This document shows, piece by piece, positions 1 to 15,271 of a stretch of DNA of 64,000 bases (position 1 is its first letter; every line of letters begins with the position of its first letter). The position numbers and the translations under genes are program-made. The notes below the pieces were generated by a model. That model saw nothing but the letters and a program-made list of their open reading frames with translations. It was not told the DNA's origin and did no database searches. This DNA comes from Geosiphon pyriformis uo1. Taxonomy: Eukaryota; Fungi; Glomeromycota. The stretch spans positions 809,924 through 873,923 of the forward strand of contig JAAOMT010000222.1 of assembly GCA_016748015.1 (NCBI GenBank). Reading direction: 5' to 3'.

Positions 1-492
1 TTTTTGAAGAGCTCAAGTTTTTTCTCAACAGAAATAGTAGAATTATGAGACAAATATATAAATCCTATTTTTAAAATTAAAATTTAGTAATTTTCATAGT
101 CTTATGGACCTTTACAGGAAAAGTTAAATTACATCATAGCGGTACAATTTCTTGATCAAATAAAGTATCGCCAATGTGACTATTCCTACTATGTTAGTAA
201 CGATGGGCGTAACAGCAATGATGGTATTTTTAGTTTCGAGAAAAAGAATGTTCCAATCCCAAGAAATAGTCGTGATGTCATATATTCACTTTGGTTTTGT
301 TACACGCCCCATATAATCCAGTTAATAGCTAGTACTGATAAAGTTTCTTACAGTTGATCTTCCTCAAAAAGTAAAAATATCATTTTTAAGTTCAGTATGA
401 ATTGAGGCTTAGAGGCGGAGGACCAAGTTTAAAGAACTTATTTGTAGATATTAACGTAGATTGCTTTTAGTGATTCGTTTGTAAACCTATCA

Positions 493-1896
493 TCATCGTG
501 GGATCGCTTCTCCTTTGATAATTAAGGTAGGTGGATAGTGGGAGGCTTCGGTTCTAATCTTTTTAGCAGGGCTGTTTGCTTCATCCTCACAGGATCGCTT
601 TGTAGGTGAATCTATAGAAGTGGATGATTCAGTTTCCTTATGTGTGACTCTTCCAGTGATAGCATTATTCCTGTCATCAGCTTGCACCATGGGTTGAGAC
701 TTTGATATGGTTTTGGTAGTTGAAATAGGAACAACTAAATTTTGTGGCTGGTAATAACTTTCAAAAGTAAGTTTTTTATTTGAAAAATTCTCGCTCGAAG
801 AGGCTACTGGTCGTTGAATGGCCAATTTCTTTGCTTGATTACTCCTTGCTTCAAAATAGTTATTTAATTCCTCACCTTTAAAAAAAATTTAATAAATTAA
901 TCAATAAATAATCAATTTAATAAGCGATTGACTAAAAGAAATAGCTACCCTTTAAGTTTGCAAAAATGGGCATCACACCTTCGAAATCGATTGTTTTGTT
1001 CTCTTGAAGCATTTTAATTATTGCTGCAGAATTTTCGGAATGAATTTCAATCACCCCTTGTTGTTTTTCAAGGTATGGAAAGAAAATCCATTTAATAGTA
1101 CCCCCTAAAGGCTGGATCAATTTCACAATTCTGGAACGAACTGAGAAATGTCGGGTTTCAGCTCCAGCACCATTAAATTTAATAAATATAGGATTAAGAT
1201 TTTTACAATCGTCTTGACCACCGCTTTCTAATGGCTCATAATTGGTAGGCCTCACCGTTGTCGTCGAGGCCCCTCTTTTTATATTTGTAAATTGTGATGC
1301 TTCTTTTGACTTGGATGACTGTTCTATGGGAGAGCGTACGAACGGAAGTTATTTTGTGCCTGATCAGAAATATCAGATCGATTGTCTTGATCGAAAGCAA
1401 ATATTTGGTTGAATCTTTGAACCCATTTACCATTTTGAGAAACCTTATTTTCTTGAAATCTGTTTTCAGTTAAAACGTCAGCCGGTGGTTGCTTGCCCGA
1501 TAGACGAACCATTTCACCATCTTCGCTCACCTCAAGTAAATAAACCGATTCACGAAGAGCTTCTATAATCAACCCTAAATCAAGACCACGCCATTGCTTC
1601 ATGGTAGGGAAATCTAATATTGCGTCAATTACAGCCCATTGGTCATCACCTCCCATGTATCTCAAATGGGCCAATCTAATGTCAAATTTCAAGTTTCTTT
1701 CGCTAAATAGATATTCAAAGCGTTCCAGAATGGAATTCCTTAGCTCATTTCTTTGCTGCAAAGCATCTTGTGATCCTTGGGAAATTGATAATTCTGGTTG
1801 CATAGTGGGTAATAAATCTGGGATCGTCTCAATTTTTGATAAACTTTTCCGACCGGTGTTAACGCTAGTAGTTCCTGTCAATACCACGCCTTCCAT
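493..1896 (-). CDS. La-related RNA-binding protein (La motif + C-terminal xRRM/RRM2; LARP7/Pof8- or La-like), ~407 aa, 3 exons
   Basis: Exons 1896-1431, 1323-949 and 875-493 are joined by phase-1 GT..AG introns (1430-1324, 948-876) that keep frame. La motif: LRNSILERFEYLFSERNL...IDAILDFPTMK...IIEALRES..LLEVSEDGEMVR. xRRM-like region: PIFIKFNG...IKWIFFP..KQQGVIEI...FANLKGEELNNYFEAR. Bipartite NLS-like KRSCEDEANSPAKKIR. The exact 3' end is less certain. Confidence 0.8.
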
Positions 1897-3099
1897 AGCG
1901 AATTAGGTTGTGAAAGAAAAAGGAACCGATGTTTGGCGTTTTTCAAGAAATCTCGAAATTCACAAATCTTGTGCAATGTGATAATTATCCGCAGGATTTT
2001 TAAATATGCTAATTTTAAATATTTATTATGTTTAAGCATTTAAATAATTATATTTTTTTAAATTTAATTAATGTGTTTAAATTTTAAATATTTGTTATTT
2101 TCAATTAAAACCAATTATCACTATTTATATATGTCGTTATATACATGTCTAAAGTATATGTAATTCTCTACTTAAACTTATATTAAGATTACATAAAATT
2201 AGGTAAAAAAATATTTTTTTGCATTCATTTTATCTATAAAGTAATTTAAAGTCGTACTATTTTAAACAAAATTATTTATTCAGATTTGGTATTTTTTTAT
2301 TGATTTGTATTAGAAAATTGCAGATTCCATATTACAATATCTAATTAATATTATTTTATTGTAAACATATATGCATTATAACTGATTTTATTTAAATTTT
2401 TATGAAGCATTGAGCTTTTAAAAATATGTATAATTGTAATTGATATATAAAAATCAAAATAGAAAATTGTTCAAATTATTTATTAACACTTACAAATACT
2501 GTATCTAATTCCATTGATTCTCGTAATTAATAGACTCGTTTTAATAATAGTTGTCTTCATTTTTCTTCTTAATAATTTTCTTTGTTTTTCTTGATAATTT
2601 TTTTATTTTTGTTGCTTATATTCACAATTTTGTAATTTTTTTGTTCATTATCAATTCTAACAAATTCATAATGGCTTGATTCTGCTTTATTATTGTTATT
2701 TTCTTTATTATTACTAAATATATAATTCTTACTTATATGTTAAAACTTATTTTTTATTTTGTTATAAATAATTTTCTATGTCATCTTATAAATTAGAAAT
2801 GCTGTAATATTTAAAAGATCTGTAAATGAGTTTAAAATCAATATTATTTCATGTATTTTTAATTTATTCAACAGAAATATTATAGACAAAATATTGAATT
2901 CATTAAATAAAAGTTGATTTTCTGTTATTTAATTATTATATTAATAATGTATTTATATAAATTAAATTATAATTAATATATATAATAAATTTATTAAATA
3001 AAAAATAATATTTTCAAATATTTTTAATTTATTAAATATTTTTTTAATATTTATATAATTTTTTAATTAGCATAAATAATAATTTTACTTAAAAATATT

Positions 3100-6000
3100 T
3101 TACAAGAAATATTAACAAACTTAACAATATTTTATTTATATTGTAAATATACATAATTATATTAAATTTTATAATATAAAACAAAACTTAAAAATTTATG
3201 TTTTTTGAATTTTAAATTTTCAAGTATTTTTTGTATATTATTAATTTACATAAACCAAAACTAACAACAAATAATTTAATAATATCAAGCAAACAAATAA
3301 TCTTAGCTAACAAAAAATTAAACAAATCACAAAAAACATTAAATATTATTTTTGTATCACTAATTAAGATATTTTTTTCTATATTTATCCTAAACTTAGG
3401 CTTAAATAACTACAATTTCCTACTAATACAGTCTTTTTTTATTATCAAAAATTAATATTATCTTATTAATTTAGTTCTTAAAAACAAAATTTTTATATAA
3501 GATTGTATAAATTTTAATGTTTAATATTTTTAATTAAAGAATATATAATACTGAAAACAAAAACAGATTACAAACTTTTACCAAAAACTTTTATAATTTA
3601 ATATAATCAAATAAAATTTTAAAGCACACAAAAATATTTTTTGAACATATAAAAACATAATTAGACATCTTAATATTACTATATATTAAACACAAAATAC
3701 TTAAATAGTTTTTATTATAAAGCTCTTTTTAATAACAACTGACAATTTTTTATAAACTGTTTTTATTAAATATATATAAAAAACAGTCAAGACTTTGTTA
3801 ATAAATTCAGAAAACATATAAAGTCTAAATATTAAACCAAAGCAATACAAATTCAGTTTATATTTTAAATAAACAAGTTATCTATAATTTTTATATTTGG
3901 ATCTGTTTTTTATTAAGTTTTATAAACAGCTTAAAAATATTGTAAATAAAATAATAAGTATTGTTTAATATAATCAAATTATTAGCTATAATAAATTTTT
4001 TATAAATACCAAAAAAAAAATCAAATAAAAGTGTATTATATTATATATAAAAACATTTATACAATTATTACTGACAATTTTCAAATGGTTTTTAACTTTT
4101 ATTCACTTAATAAAAATGGTTTTTAATCTAATTAAATTAGTTATATAATGTTTTTCTATTCAATATTTGTTCTAAATATTAAACAGATAAAACTTAAGCT
4201 TTAAAACACATATATTTATAGCAATTTAACTATTTATATACAAAATTACTAAGCAAAAAAAAATACACTTTAATATTAAAAAAATTATCTGCAATTTAGA
4301 CAATATCAAAGATAATAACTCATAAATTTTAATATTTATGTCCATTGTTACAAGTAATTATTTGAGGTGTGAGTACAAATAACAAATTCATAACTTAGTA
4401 CTTAATAACTGGTTATTGTTGGTATCTTTTGAAGATTTTTGTAATCTGAAAGTTTTGATGGAGTCTTTTGTATAATAAACAGAGATTTATTTGTTTGTTT
4501 CAGTACCCATTCTGAAAGTTTTTTCTGTAAATTTTTTTCTTAGCATGGTAACCAGTTTTTTCTAATAAGCTATTCTTAATTTTCAAGTATCTACTCTTGT
4601 TTTATAGATCTTTTACCAGTTTTTTTTGACATTAATAACTTAGTGTTTAATTCTTTTAATCAATTAGTAACAACAAAAAAATAAACAAAAAAAAATAAAA
4701 AAAATAAAAAAAGAATTTAAGAAATTAGTATTTTATTAATAGCCATGATTAAGAGCTATTAGTCCAGTATAGTTAAGTGGTAAATTCTATTAATATGAAG
4801 TGTTAATAAAGTAGTGATAATTAATATTTTTTCAATCAAGTAATAATAATATAGATTGGATAATAATAAGTATTTTTATTAATATTGATGATTTTATTTC
4901 AAGTTATAATATTTTATCTTTTAAAGGGAGAGATATTAAATAATTAGTTATTGCTAACTTAGATTTTGAACTGAATTCTGTCTTTTTTGCTTCTAATACT
5001 CTCATTATATATTTTTGAATTTTTTCAATTTCTCTAGCAAGAAATTCTGAAATTTCTGGAATTCTGCAATTCTTTAAGAAAAATCCTAAAATTTCTGGAA
5101 TCTTATAATTTCTTAAAAAAAATTCTGAAATTTCTGAAATTTTGTAATTCCTTAGAAAGAATCCTGAAATTTTTTTTTACTATAGTTATTTCTGATTGAT
5201 AAATTTTTTATACTATTAATTTTTCTTAATTTCTATAAGTAATATTATCTTAATATTAAAAAAATAAGCTGTTATTTTATCTACTATTTTTTATAGTATT
5301 TAAATTTTTTAATAAGTTATCAGTATATATACAAATTATTTTTGTTTACAATTCATATAAACATTCTTAAATATCCAAAAATTTTTTTAAGCATAAAAAA
5401 TTAGAATAACCAAAAATTAAAACAATTTTATTAGAATTAACAAAAAGTTTACACATGTAAATTAAACTTTTTTTGAATTACAATAACATTAAATCTTTAA
5501 AACTTAGCTTTTTTTAATGATAAAAAGTTTTTTAATTCATAATTAAATTATGTTTGTCTAATAATTTGTCTTTAAAAATAATGCTTAAGCATTTTAAAAA
5601 TAAATTACATCAAAATAATAAAAATTTTTCAATATTTTAAACATTAAAAAGTAACTAAGAAAACAAAAAGTATTAAGCAGATTGTTTGTTAAAAAAATTC
5701 TATTATTCCAAAAAAATTTCACAATATTTGTTAAATAATTATTAATAAAACTAATTCTTAACTTAACTAAATACTATAAAAGATTTATAAATATTCAACT
5801 TACAACTTGTAAATTTAAAAAATAATACTTAAACAAACAGCCAAGAATTTTTATTATATTAAAAAAACTAATCATTAAAGCCACTTTTTTTTTATTTGTA
5901 TTTACTTAAAAAATTTTAACTTATATAGAAATAAATAATACAAAGTCTCATTTGAAAAGTTTTTTAACAAATTGTCTTAAATTTAAACTTCATACTTATT

Positions 6001-8750
6001 ATGATATTTTATTTTTAATATATATATTTAAATATAAAACTAAACTATATTTAGTAACTAATTATAAACTAAAAAACTGTCAAAACCAAATAAAAAACTA
6101 TTTATTTAACAATGTTTTCTTAAAAACCATATTTGAAAAAAACTTAATATTTAAATATATTTTAGCAAAACTTAACTTAAATATATTTTTTGTTAATATA
6201 AAAATTTTTAAATACATATAAAATTTGCTATGTTTGACAATAAAAATTGCTTAACTACTAATAAACAAAAAAGTATCTAATATTTTCTAGTTAATAAAAA
6301 CTACAACTATTTTGTTATTGTTAATAAAAATATTATAATACTTACTAGCAATATTTAAGTTAATATCTAATTATTTCTTATTTAAATTATATTATTGACA
6401 AAAGTATTAGCTATAAAAAATAAAGTTTTTTTTACTATTAATCTCTATTTTGTTTGTTTTTGCCACAAAATTAATATTAATTTAAAAATTACACAAATGT
6501 TTATGTCTTTTTATTTTATACAATAAAAGATTATAAAAAATTCTTTAAAGAAATGAAAAAAAAACTTTACTTTAATCCAATTTATTATGTATTTTATAAC
6601 TATTTAAAAAATTAAAATCAGTTATTATTCTATTAATTCTGTTTATGTAAATATTTTTAAAAAATTCAATAAATCTAATACATATTTTAATACACTTTAA
6701 ACTAGCTTTTAAATAATATTATTTAATTAAATTATATGTTTTACATATATTTTGTAATATTAATTAAAGCTTTTAGCTCTTTTTCAAGAGATTTTTTACA
6801 ATCAAGTCAATGGCAAACACAGATAATTGAATTGAAATATTCTTTAAAACTAAAAAAGTATTATTACAAAGAATATTAAATTTACTATAAACAAATAAAA
6901 TCTGATCTAACAAAATTTTTTTAGCAGTTTTAATTAGTATAATAAGTTATATATTTATTAGAATACTATTTCATTTATAAGATTTGGGAATTATTAAAAC
7001 TTATGCTTTTTTTTAAAGCTTTAAAATATTATTAATAGTCAGATAAAAATTTAATAAATTCAAGACACAACTTAATACTATATTATCATAATACTTTTAA
7101 AATTTATTGAATATTTTAAATAAATCTACCACTTTGTTATTAAACAAATCACTAATTATTAAAACCAAATTTTTATACTGATTTTATTTATTATATTAAA
7201 AAAAACATCATTCTTTATATAGTTTAAAAATATATATTAATAAGACCATAAATTTAACAATATTAAAAACATTTTATGTTTTCTTGTCTACTCTATTATA
7301 ATTTTATTAACTCTAAGTTTTATTTCACTTGGTTCTAAAATTAACTTATTTTTAATCACTAAATAATCTAGCACTATTTTATAAAAAAATTATTCTAAAA
7401 ACTTTTTATCATGCTTTTTTTATTAAAACTAAAATTTTTTATTTGTTTTTTAATTGTCTTTTTAATAGACATACTTTTAGTTATTTCTGATTTATAATAC
7501 TTGGAATTTTGATAAATTTTCTTAACTTTAAACAAATATTTAATTATATATATATAATCTATACTATTACAAATCATATTACTAATCTTAAAAGTTTTAA
7601 TATTATTAATATTTAATAAAACATTAATAAAACAATCAAATTAAAACTTATTGCTTGAGTTTAACTTTTTTATTATCTTAGTTATTAATAACTCTAGACT
7701 AAAAAACTTTAAAGACTGTTTGTTTTTTAAATAATTAAACTTATTATATTAATGTTTAAAAAAAATTTTATAGACTGAATTTATTATTATTTTTCTTAAT
7801 ATTTTTTATATTGTATTTAAATTTCTAAGATTTTTTGTATTTGTAAATCTACTTAATAATATTAAAAACAATACAGAAAAGTATTCTCTAAATTGCACTT
7901 ATTTAGTCTTATTTGTATTCTTAATTTTAAATTTTTAACAATTTCTATTAGTCTGTTTGCAAATATTATTTAGACAAACATTTAATAAACTTCCTAAATC
8001 AATTAAAATTATAACTATTTTGTAATCAATATCAAAAAAGTTAGATATAAAACCAATTTTACAATTTACAATTGCTGATATTAAATTTTTATTAATAAAA
8101 ATATAATTAATAATCTTCTTAATTTTCTTAAAGTTGTTTTAAGTAAAAATTTTGACTAAAAAATATTTATTAAAAAAGTTGATCAATTTTAAATTTGAGT
8201 ATTTTCTAAGATTTACATATTTTTTAAAACATAATGAATCAAAAAAATATTCATAATAATAGTCATATTATCACTAAAAAAAATTTTATTTAAACCAAAT
8301 ATAAAAACCTAAACACTATTAAACTTATTTATAATTTACAGTTTAATATTAGATCTTAATTTTGTCTTAATAACAATAGAAATTATATTATTAAACTCCA
8401 AATATTAACAAATAATATTTTTTTGTTTAGTTAAATTGTTTATATTTCTAATATTATATGTAGCTACTTTCTAAATAAACTTACTTATTGAGATATAAAA
8501 AGTATTAAAAAACTTAAGCCAACATATAAAAAATTTAGTTTTGTCAAAATTAAGTTAACTAAAACTTTTAAAACAACTATTTTTAACTCTAAACTTTTTA
8601 TTTTGGTGGTTAAAACTTTTAAACCATTTAAATTTATAATTAAAAATTTCAATACACTTATTATAAAAAAAGAAAATATCTTAAACAAAATATCTATAAT
8701 CATTTTTGAATTCAATTCTGAGCTAAAAACTGGTATATTAATTTAAAAAA
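3100..8750 (-). mobile_element. Heavily decayed LINE and other TE remnants (ORF1 end and APE endonuclease start recognisable)
   Basis: Minus strand around 8480-8250 reads FI*KVATYNIRNINNLTKQKNIIC*YLEFNNIISIVIKTKLR, an eroded APE N-terminus (ATxNVRG...ETK). It follows the coiled-coil-like ORF 8485-8715. The rest is extremely AT-rich and boundaries are approximate. Confidence 0.5.
5040..5172. repeat. Degenerate 39-bp tandem repeat, ~3.5 copies
   Basis: ATTTCTG(G/A)AA recurs at 5052, 5091 and 5130 (period 39). On the minus strand it reads as a 13-aa repeat, ~IPEISGFFLRNYK. Confidence 0.7.
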
Positions 8751-10380
8751 AAATAAAACAATAAAAACATGTAAAATTAAGTTCATATTATCTAATTTAA
8801 GACTTATTTTTAAAAGCTACAAACTTAAAAATAAGAAAATTTTTTTTAATATAAAAGTGTATTAACTAAAAATAATTTTATCTAAAATAAACTTTTAATA
8901 AACTTTTTTTATATTAGAAGTGAAAAAGTCTGCAAAATTATATTTAAAAAATAATGTTTAAATTGTTTATATTTTTTATAATAAACTAAGTCTAATCTAT
9001 CTTAAAAAAGTCTTATATTATCAAAAATTAGCTTTGTGCAAAATATTATTTTTAGATTTTATTAAATTTAAAATCAATCATAATACAATAAATATTATTG
9101 CCAGTTTTAAATAAGCAATTAATTATACAAGTTTTTCTATCAATCTCCTTTAATAGAACACCAAAATTATGAACAGTTATTTTCATAAACAGAGTAAACA
9201 AAAGCACTTTAAACTAATTTTAAACATCTAAATCTCATGAATTTTTATAGTTTTGGCTATATATACTGAATTTTTTTGGATTAAAAAAAATTACTTAAAT
9301 ATTAGATAATTAACTTAACTTGATTTAATGAACTTTACTATAGTTTTTTGTTATAGTCTAATTAATTATAATCAAATTAATACTATTTGATACTATTTAA
9401 TCCTATTCAATTACTGCAGTAATAATCATATTTTTAAGTATATTTGTAAAATTTTTTTTGATAATTACAGTTTAATCTAAATAAAATTTTTGTTTCTTAA
9501 AATTATTGTTTATAATAATTTTATTTTTTTTAGCCAATGACATAATTTTTTTCATGTTTTTTCTAAGATAAATGTAAATTTAATAATCTTTTTAAATTTT
9601 AAAAAAATAATAATCTTTCTAAAACCATTTATTTTTGAGAAAATTTTTTTAATAACCTGTATTTTTATTGTAGTTAATTTTTTTTTAACTGCTAAGAGAT
9701 TAATATCCAAAGCAAAAAAATTTTTGATAAAATTTTTTATTTAAGTTTTAACAATTTTAAAGTTTATTTACTTTTTTTTTAAAAAAATATTGAGAAAATA
9801 AGAAAAGTTTATTATTATTTTTTATTTAAAATTAAAAAAAACTAAGAAAAAATCACAATTTATATTAGTATTTATTTTTTTGGCTTTAAAAGTAATAGCA
9901 ACCAAATTCAAAAAAACTTATTTTTAATATTAATTAAAATATTACTGTTCTTATTATTACTAAAATTACTGTTCATATTTAAATAGATATTATTACTAAA
10001 ACCAAATTTGATTAACAAAACATTTTTTTATTATCAGAATATTTGACATTACCAAAAAAAACCCACTAATAGAATCATAAAAAGCCTTTTTGAGCATTTT
10101 TTTTAGATATATTACTGCTAAAAACAGTTTTTAAGTTTACTACAAAAAATTTATTTATTTAAAAAATATCAAATAAAAAACAACAAGAAATATCAAAAAA
10201 CTTTTTTTCAAAAAATATGCTTTGTAGAAAATTTTAGATGTAAAAAAATAAAAAGTTTTTGTTTTTAAAATATTATTATTTATAATTAATTTTATAACTA
10301 AAATATCAAAATTTTTTTTTATTAAATATTTAATAAATATAGTCCAACCATTACTTAAAACTATAGAATTATACAAGTTC

Positions 10381-13330
10381 TTATATTAAGTATGACTCAT
10401 GTATTTTTCACATATAACTAGCCATTCAGGCCAATTAAGACAACACTAAATACCTAAATTATTTACAACAAGAAAATCACACAAGAAGCCAAAATGCACA
10501 CTAAATAGATGAAAATACAAACCAAAACAGACATAGATGCCAAACTTAATGCCAAAATTAAAAACCACACCAAAAGATCACAAAAAAGCCAGATCAGATA
10601 CAATTGGTATTACAAATCTATTACATGACAGAAGACCCAATTTTTTATAATGTGCTTTTAACTTGGCAATTAGCAACCACATAGTAGATCTGTAATTTTC
10701 AGCAAAATTCTGGACCAAATTGATAACCAGAAATGCACTATTGAAACCATCACTCAATAAGTAAATAGTGTTAGTCATCTAGTCTTTTATCATGAAACCT
10801 TTGGTTAAGAACATATACAACTAATTAGAAAACTCAGTCTTGTGCAAAAAACCTATTATCAAACTTCCAATGGCACAGGCACCTAACAGACCATTCCAAA
10901 AATTAATAGTTTTTAAAATAAGATCTCTCCTAATATGTACATTATAAATACAAGAGAACATATGGTTAAAATCCTCAACTAGTTCACACCAAATGCACAG
11001 AACACTAAAATAATTTGAATTATAAAGCTTTTTTTTTTGACAATAAACAATTGGCAATACAGGGCTTTTATGAAGTAAAATTTAAGCATCACAGAAACAG
11101 AGCTAGTAAACTCAGAATAATACCTACCATTAAAATGCTACATACTAAAGATTCTATTTATATCAAACTTATTACACAGAACACTATTCACAAAACTCTC
11201 AGCATATTTGGATTTCCAACCAACAAAGCTTACAGTATCAAAAAAACACTTAACAAAACAATAAACATTTCTAAAAATGAGTTTGCTTTCAATGATCAAG
11301 AAATAGCATAACATATTAACAGACAACATAAAATTGGATTTGGTGGTAGCATCAGCCAGAAGATTAGCATACTTATTGCCAATAACTCCAGAATGACTTT
11401 TGATCTTGTTCTAACTAATTAATAAATTCTTAGATACAATTATTCAGTAAATATGTTTCTTCTTCAACCAACATTTATCATGAAAATTAGGACCCATATT
11501 CTTCCTAAATAAGACACAAATATCCAAAAAAGCTTGACTATCCATAAACAAAATGACTGAACTGAATACTGGCACACAATCCAAAATAAGAGTAATAGCC
11601 TGTAGTTTTGCTAAAGTTAAAGAAAACAGATCATGTACTTCAACTCTTATATCATTGTCTATGTCCAGAAAGTATGCAATGGCACCACCATGAGTGCTCA
11701 CAGTCCCTAATTCCTTGTCCAAACTATCAGTATAAACAAAAAAAAAGCTTAATTCACTCTTCAAAAGACACTTATTAACAGAATTAACTTCATCCAAACA
11801 GTAACTAAGAATAGAATTGGAAACTAGAACACAATTGTTAACCAAATATCTGTTCTCAATAAAACTGACCAGTCTACTAAATCAACCAGAAATAAGTCCT
11901 CTGAAATCTAGTTTCTTCTATTTGTAAAAGGTTTTCCAAGTGAAACACCTATTGTGATGATTCAAAAGCTGGTTAGTAAAAACCAAACCAAATTTCTTGA
12001 ACAAATTTACCATACCCAAATATTGTTTCAAGCCTAAAACATCAGCAATCACAATATCACTACTAATACAAAAAATATTAGACAAATTGCCACCCAAAAA
12101 AAGCTTGTATAAGGCCAGAGTATTGGTAATACTAGCTAAAAAGCAATTCAAGAGATTGATTAATAATAAGATTGGAAAATTGAAAGATTGCTAGGACATT
12201 CAGCTAACAGCCTACAAATCCATGGCTCTATGCTCAAATAACTTGTCAAGAATGCCTTTTGAATTGCCAAAAATCACCAAGTTTGCCAAGAAGTTTTTTG
12301 CACTTGTCTAAAAGTTTTAAAGTCATACAATTCGAGATAGGAGATAGTTTCATTAGAAAAGTTTCTAAGTAAGTTAGTCTTTAGTTTTAGGGCTTTTTTC
12401 AATAGTTTGTCCTATTTCTCATATATACTTATAGAGACATGACTAAACTGCAATCTGTACCCAATGATTAGTTATAAAACAGCAGACACCAAATACAAAA
12501 ATTGTTTATCAAATACCATTTTCTTTAAGACCAAATTTGTAAAAAACTTAATATTCAATTGAGCTTTAGCAAGACTAGGTTTTAATAGGCCATTAATTAA
12601 TAAAAAAATGCCTAAGTACCTATGAGACATGCTTTTTTTAGCTATTGAAATGTTCAAACCTTTAATTAACAAATAGAGTATTCTCACTTTATGATTGATG
12701 GGTATAACAACCATCTTGTTCACATTAATCAAGATATCATTAATTTAAAAGAAATTATTAACTATGTCCAAAATATGCTGAGTGGTAAATATGCTATTTC
12801 CAATCCAAATTGTGTTATCTATAAAAACACTAGCTGTCAGAAAAAATGTCAAACTACTTCTATAATTCTGTCTACTAGTGTATATAAAAAACTTGGAATC
12901 TATCTTATAATTATAAAGACTTTCACATCTCTTAACTTTACAGAACAAAAGATTATAAAAGGTCTTCTATAGCAAAGATGAAAAAACTTCACTCTGATCT
13001 AGTCTATTACAGACAGTGTAGCCATCTGTAAGCCTAAAATCTATTATTATTCAATTAACTCAACTATTGTATATACCCTTAAAAAATACAATAAAGTAAG
13101 AACACATCTTAATTTTAACTAAACTATTCTTTAAGTAAAACCATCCCACAAAATTATATGCTTGATGGATGTCTTAAAGAACTAATTAAAGCTTTCTGTT
13201 TTTTTTTCACAGCATTCTTAATGACAAAACCAACAGCAAATATGAGAGTCTGAGTAGATGTGTCCTTTAGAATTGAGAAATTGTTACTATGCAAAACATC
13301 AAAATTATTACAAATCAAAAAAATTCTATT
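10381..13330 (-). mobile_element. 5'-truncated, decayed non-LTR retrotransposon (LINE) with RT, RNase H and C-terminal CCHC
   Basis: RT motif L*LVL*DIHQAYNFVGW near 13140-13190 and HRYLGIFL. RNase H VYTDSL..HGGAIAYF...LAKLQAI...FMDSQA (11444-11845). CIWCELVEDFNHMFSC zinc knuckle. Family 3' UTR at 10381-10450 matches 39301-39370. Many premature stops. Confidence 0.9.
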
Positions 13331-14310
13331 TGAAAGAATCTTAAATCAAAATATTAATATGTTTAATAATATATTTAATTAACAAAACCATTTAATTAGC
13401 TTAAATTTTAAAAAATTAATTTAAAATTAATAATAATAATAATAAAAATAATAATAAAGATTAAAAAAGTAATAATATTAATATAAAAGTTTATATTAAT
13501 AAAGTAAAATTTATTATTTTTGTTGTTATTGTTTTTTATAATATTTTTTAATTATTATAATTAATAAAATTAAAAATATTTTTAATATTTTAAATAAAAT
13601 TTTTAAAATTTGTTAAATTTTAATAATATAATATTATTTACTTTAAAATTTTTAAAGTTGTTTTATTTATTAATTTATTTTAATAAAAAAATAATATTTA
13701 AAATTAAATTAATTAAATTATTTTTTAATTATATTACTTTGAATATTAATAATTTAATTATCAAAAATATATTATTATTATTTTTAAATTTTAAGTTAAT
13801 TTTAATAATACTATTACTAAATTATTATAATAAAAAATTATTATATTTAATAAAAAAATTTTAAATATTAGTATTATTATAAATATCAAAGTTTTTTTGT
13901 TTTATTAACAATTTTTTTTAAAAACTATGCATTATTTAAATTAATTTACCAAATTTATGTTGTTTGTTAAGATTGTTGTTTTGAATTTTAAGTTAACTGT
14001 TTTTTTTATAAAATTATTTTTTAATAATAGACTTAAATTTAAATTAATTGTTTTGAACTTTTAATTGTAAAATTTGTAATGAAATTTATTAAATTTTTGG
14101 TAATTATAATTGTTTTATTTTTATATAATAAAAATTTTTTAATAAAATTATTAAAACTTTAATCTTTTTTTGTAAAAACCTAAATTACTAGTTTTGTTGG
14201 TTTAATTATTAATCATATGATCGCTTACTATATAAAGTTTGGATCATAATCAAAAAATTTATAAATTGTGAAAAAAAGTTCACTTTTTCTGCGTATAGCT
14301 CGACAATATA

Positions 14311-14836
14311 ATGAAAATTACGATTAAGCGGTTGACACTTTGGAAGAGCTTTCATGTCTTTCATTTCTTGAAAGTTTCTTAATTCTAAGCACTATATATG
14401 TTCCTGCCTGTAGTTGGCAAGCGGTAGCCGCTTGGCGTTGGGATGTGGATAACGAAGAAGTGTGTGGTATCTGTCGAGTACAATTCGAAGCCTGTTGTCC
14501 GACCTGTAAAACACCTGGTGATGATTGTCCTTTAAGTAATTAGTTTTTTTTTGTTCTATTTTACGATTTTCGTGTTTAACGATCACTAATTTTTTCAAGT
14601 CAATTGAAAAAAAAAACTTTTTCATTTTATTTCTACAAAAAAATTATTAGTGTGGGGTGAATGTTCACACGTCTTTCATATGCACTGTGTATTAAAATGG
14701 TGTGAAACGGAAGGTAGTCGTGGTTTGTGCCCGATGGATCGTAGACCATGGGGTGAGTCAAGTCTTATCGATTGTTGTTCCAAATTGGAAAGTATTATTT
14801 ATAAATTAATTGTTTCTAGTCATTGTTAATCATTAG
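14311..14836 (+). CDS. APC11: Anaphase-promoting complex subunit 11 (RING-H2)
   Basis: Exons 14311-14330, 14414-14535, 14651-14752 and 14820-14836 give MKITIKRWQAVAAWRWDVDNEEVCGICRVQFEACCPTCKTPGDDCPLMWGECSHVFHMHCVLKWCETEGSRGLCPMDRRPWVIVNH. All introns are GT..AG. Confidence 0.95.
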
Positions 14837-15271
14837 TGGTTGGAAGATCTTGAACTTGAGACATAAGTGCCTCACTGGCTTGTGATAAACCTCAAAGAAT
14901 GTGAATGAGATGAGGTTAAATAACGGTTTTTTTTTCTTAAAGAAATTTATCCTTAATTAGAAAATAAAAAATATATCGAAACAAATTTTCGTGTAATAAT
15001 CAATAAAAAGATATATATCTTCACCTCTCGCTTACTTCTATATTTAAAAATATCTAGCTTAATTAGAAAAAAATATAGCCCATTATAATACAGCAAATAT
15101 CTTATATGCATGTAAAATATTAAAGCTAAAGTGGTATAAATTAAAGTTCAAAGTTTCAGAAGCAGATACAGAGATTATTCTTGCCAAGAGTGGCTGTAAA
15201 CTCCCAAATATCCATTATAAAAACACTTCCATCCTTCATAATTCCTAAAAATAATTCAACTTTTGAAACCT

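Noticed and set aside
3231-13864. Numerous 60-90 aa I/K/N/F/L-rich ORFs, also at 39972-41201, 45397 and 61612
   Set aside because: Chance ORFs in AT-eroded TE DNA, or antisense to LINE remnants. No gene structure.
14727-14742. APC11 last RING ligand is Asp (CPMDR) rather than Cys
   Set aside because: Asp at this position is a known RING-H2 variant (RBX1 CPLD), so it is not evidence of inactivation.
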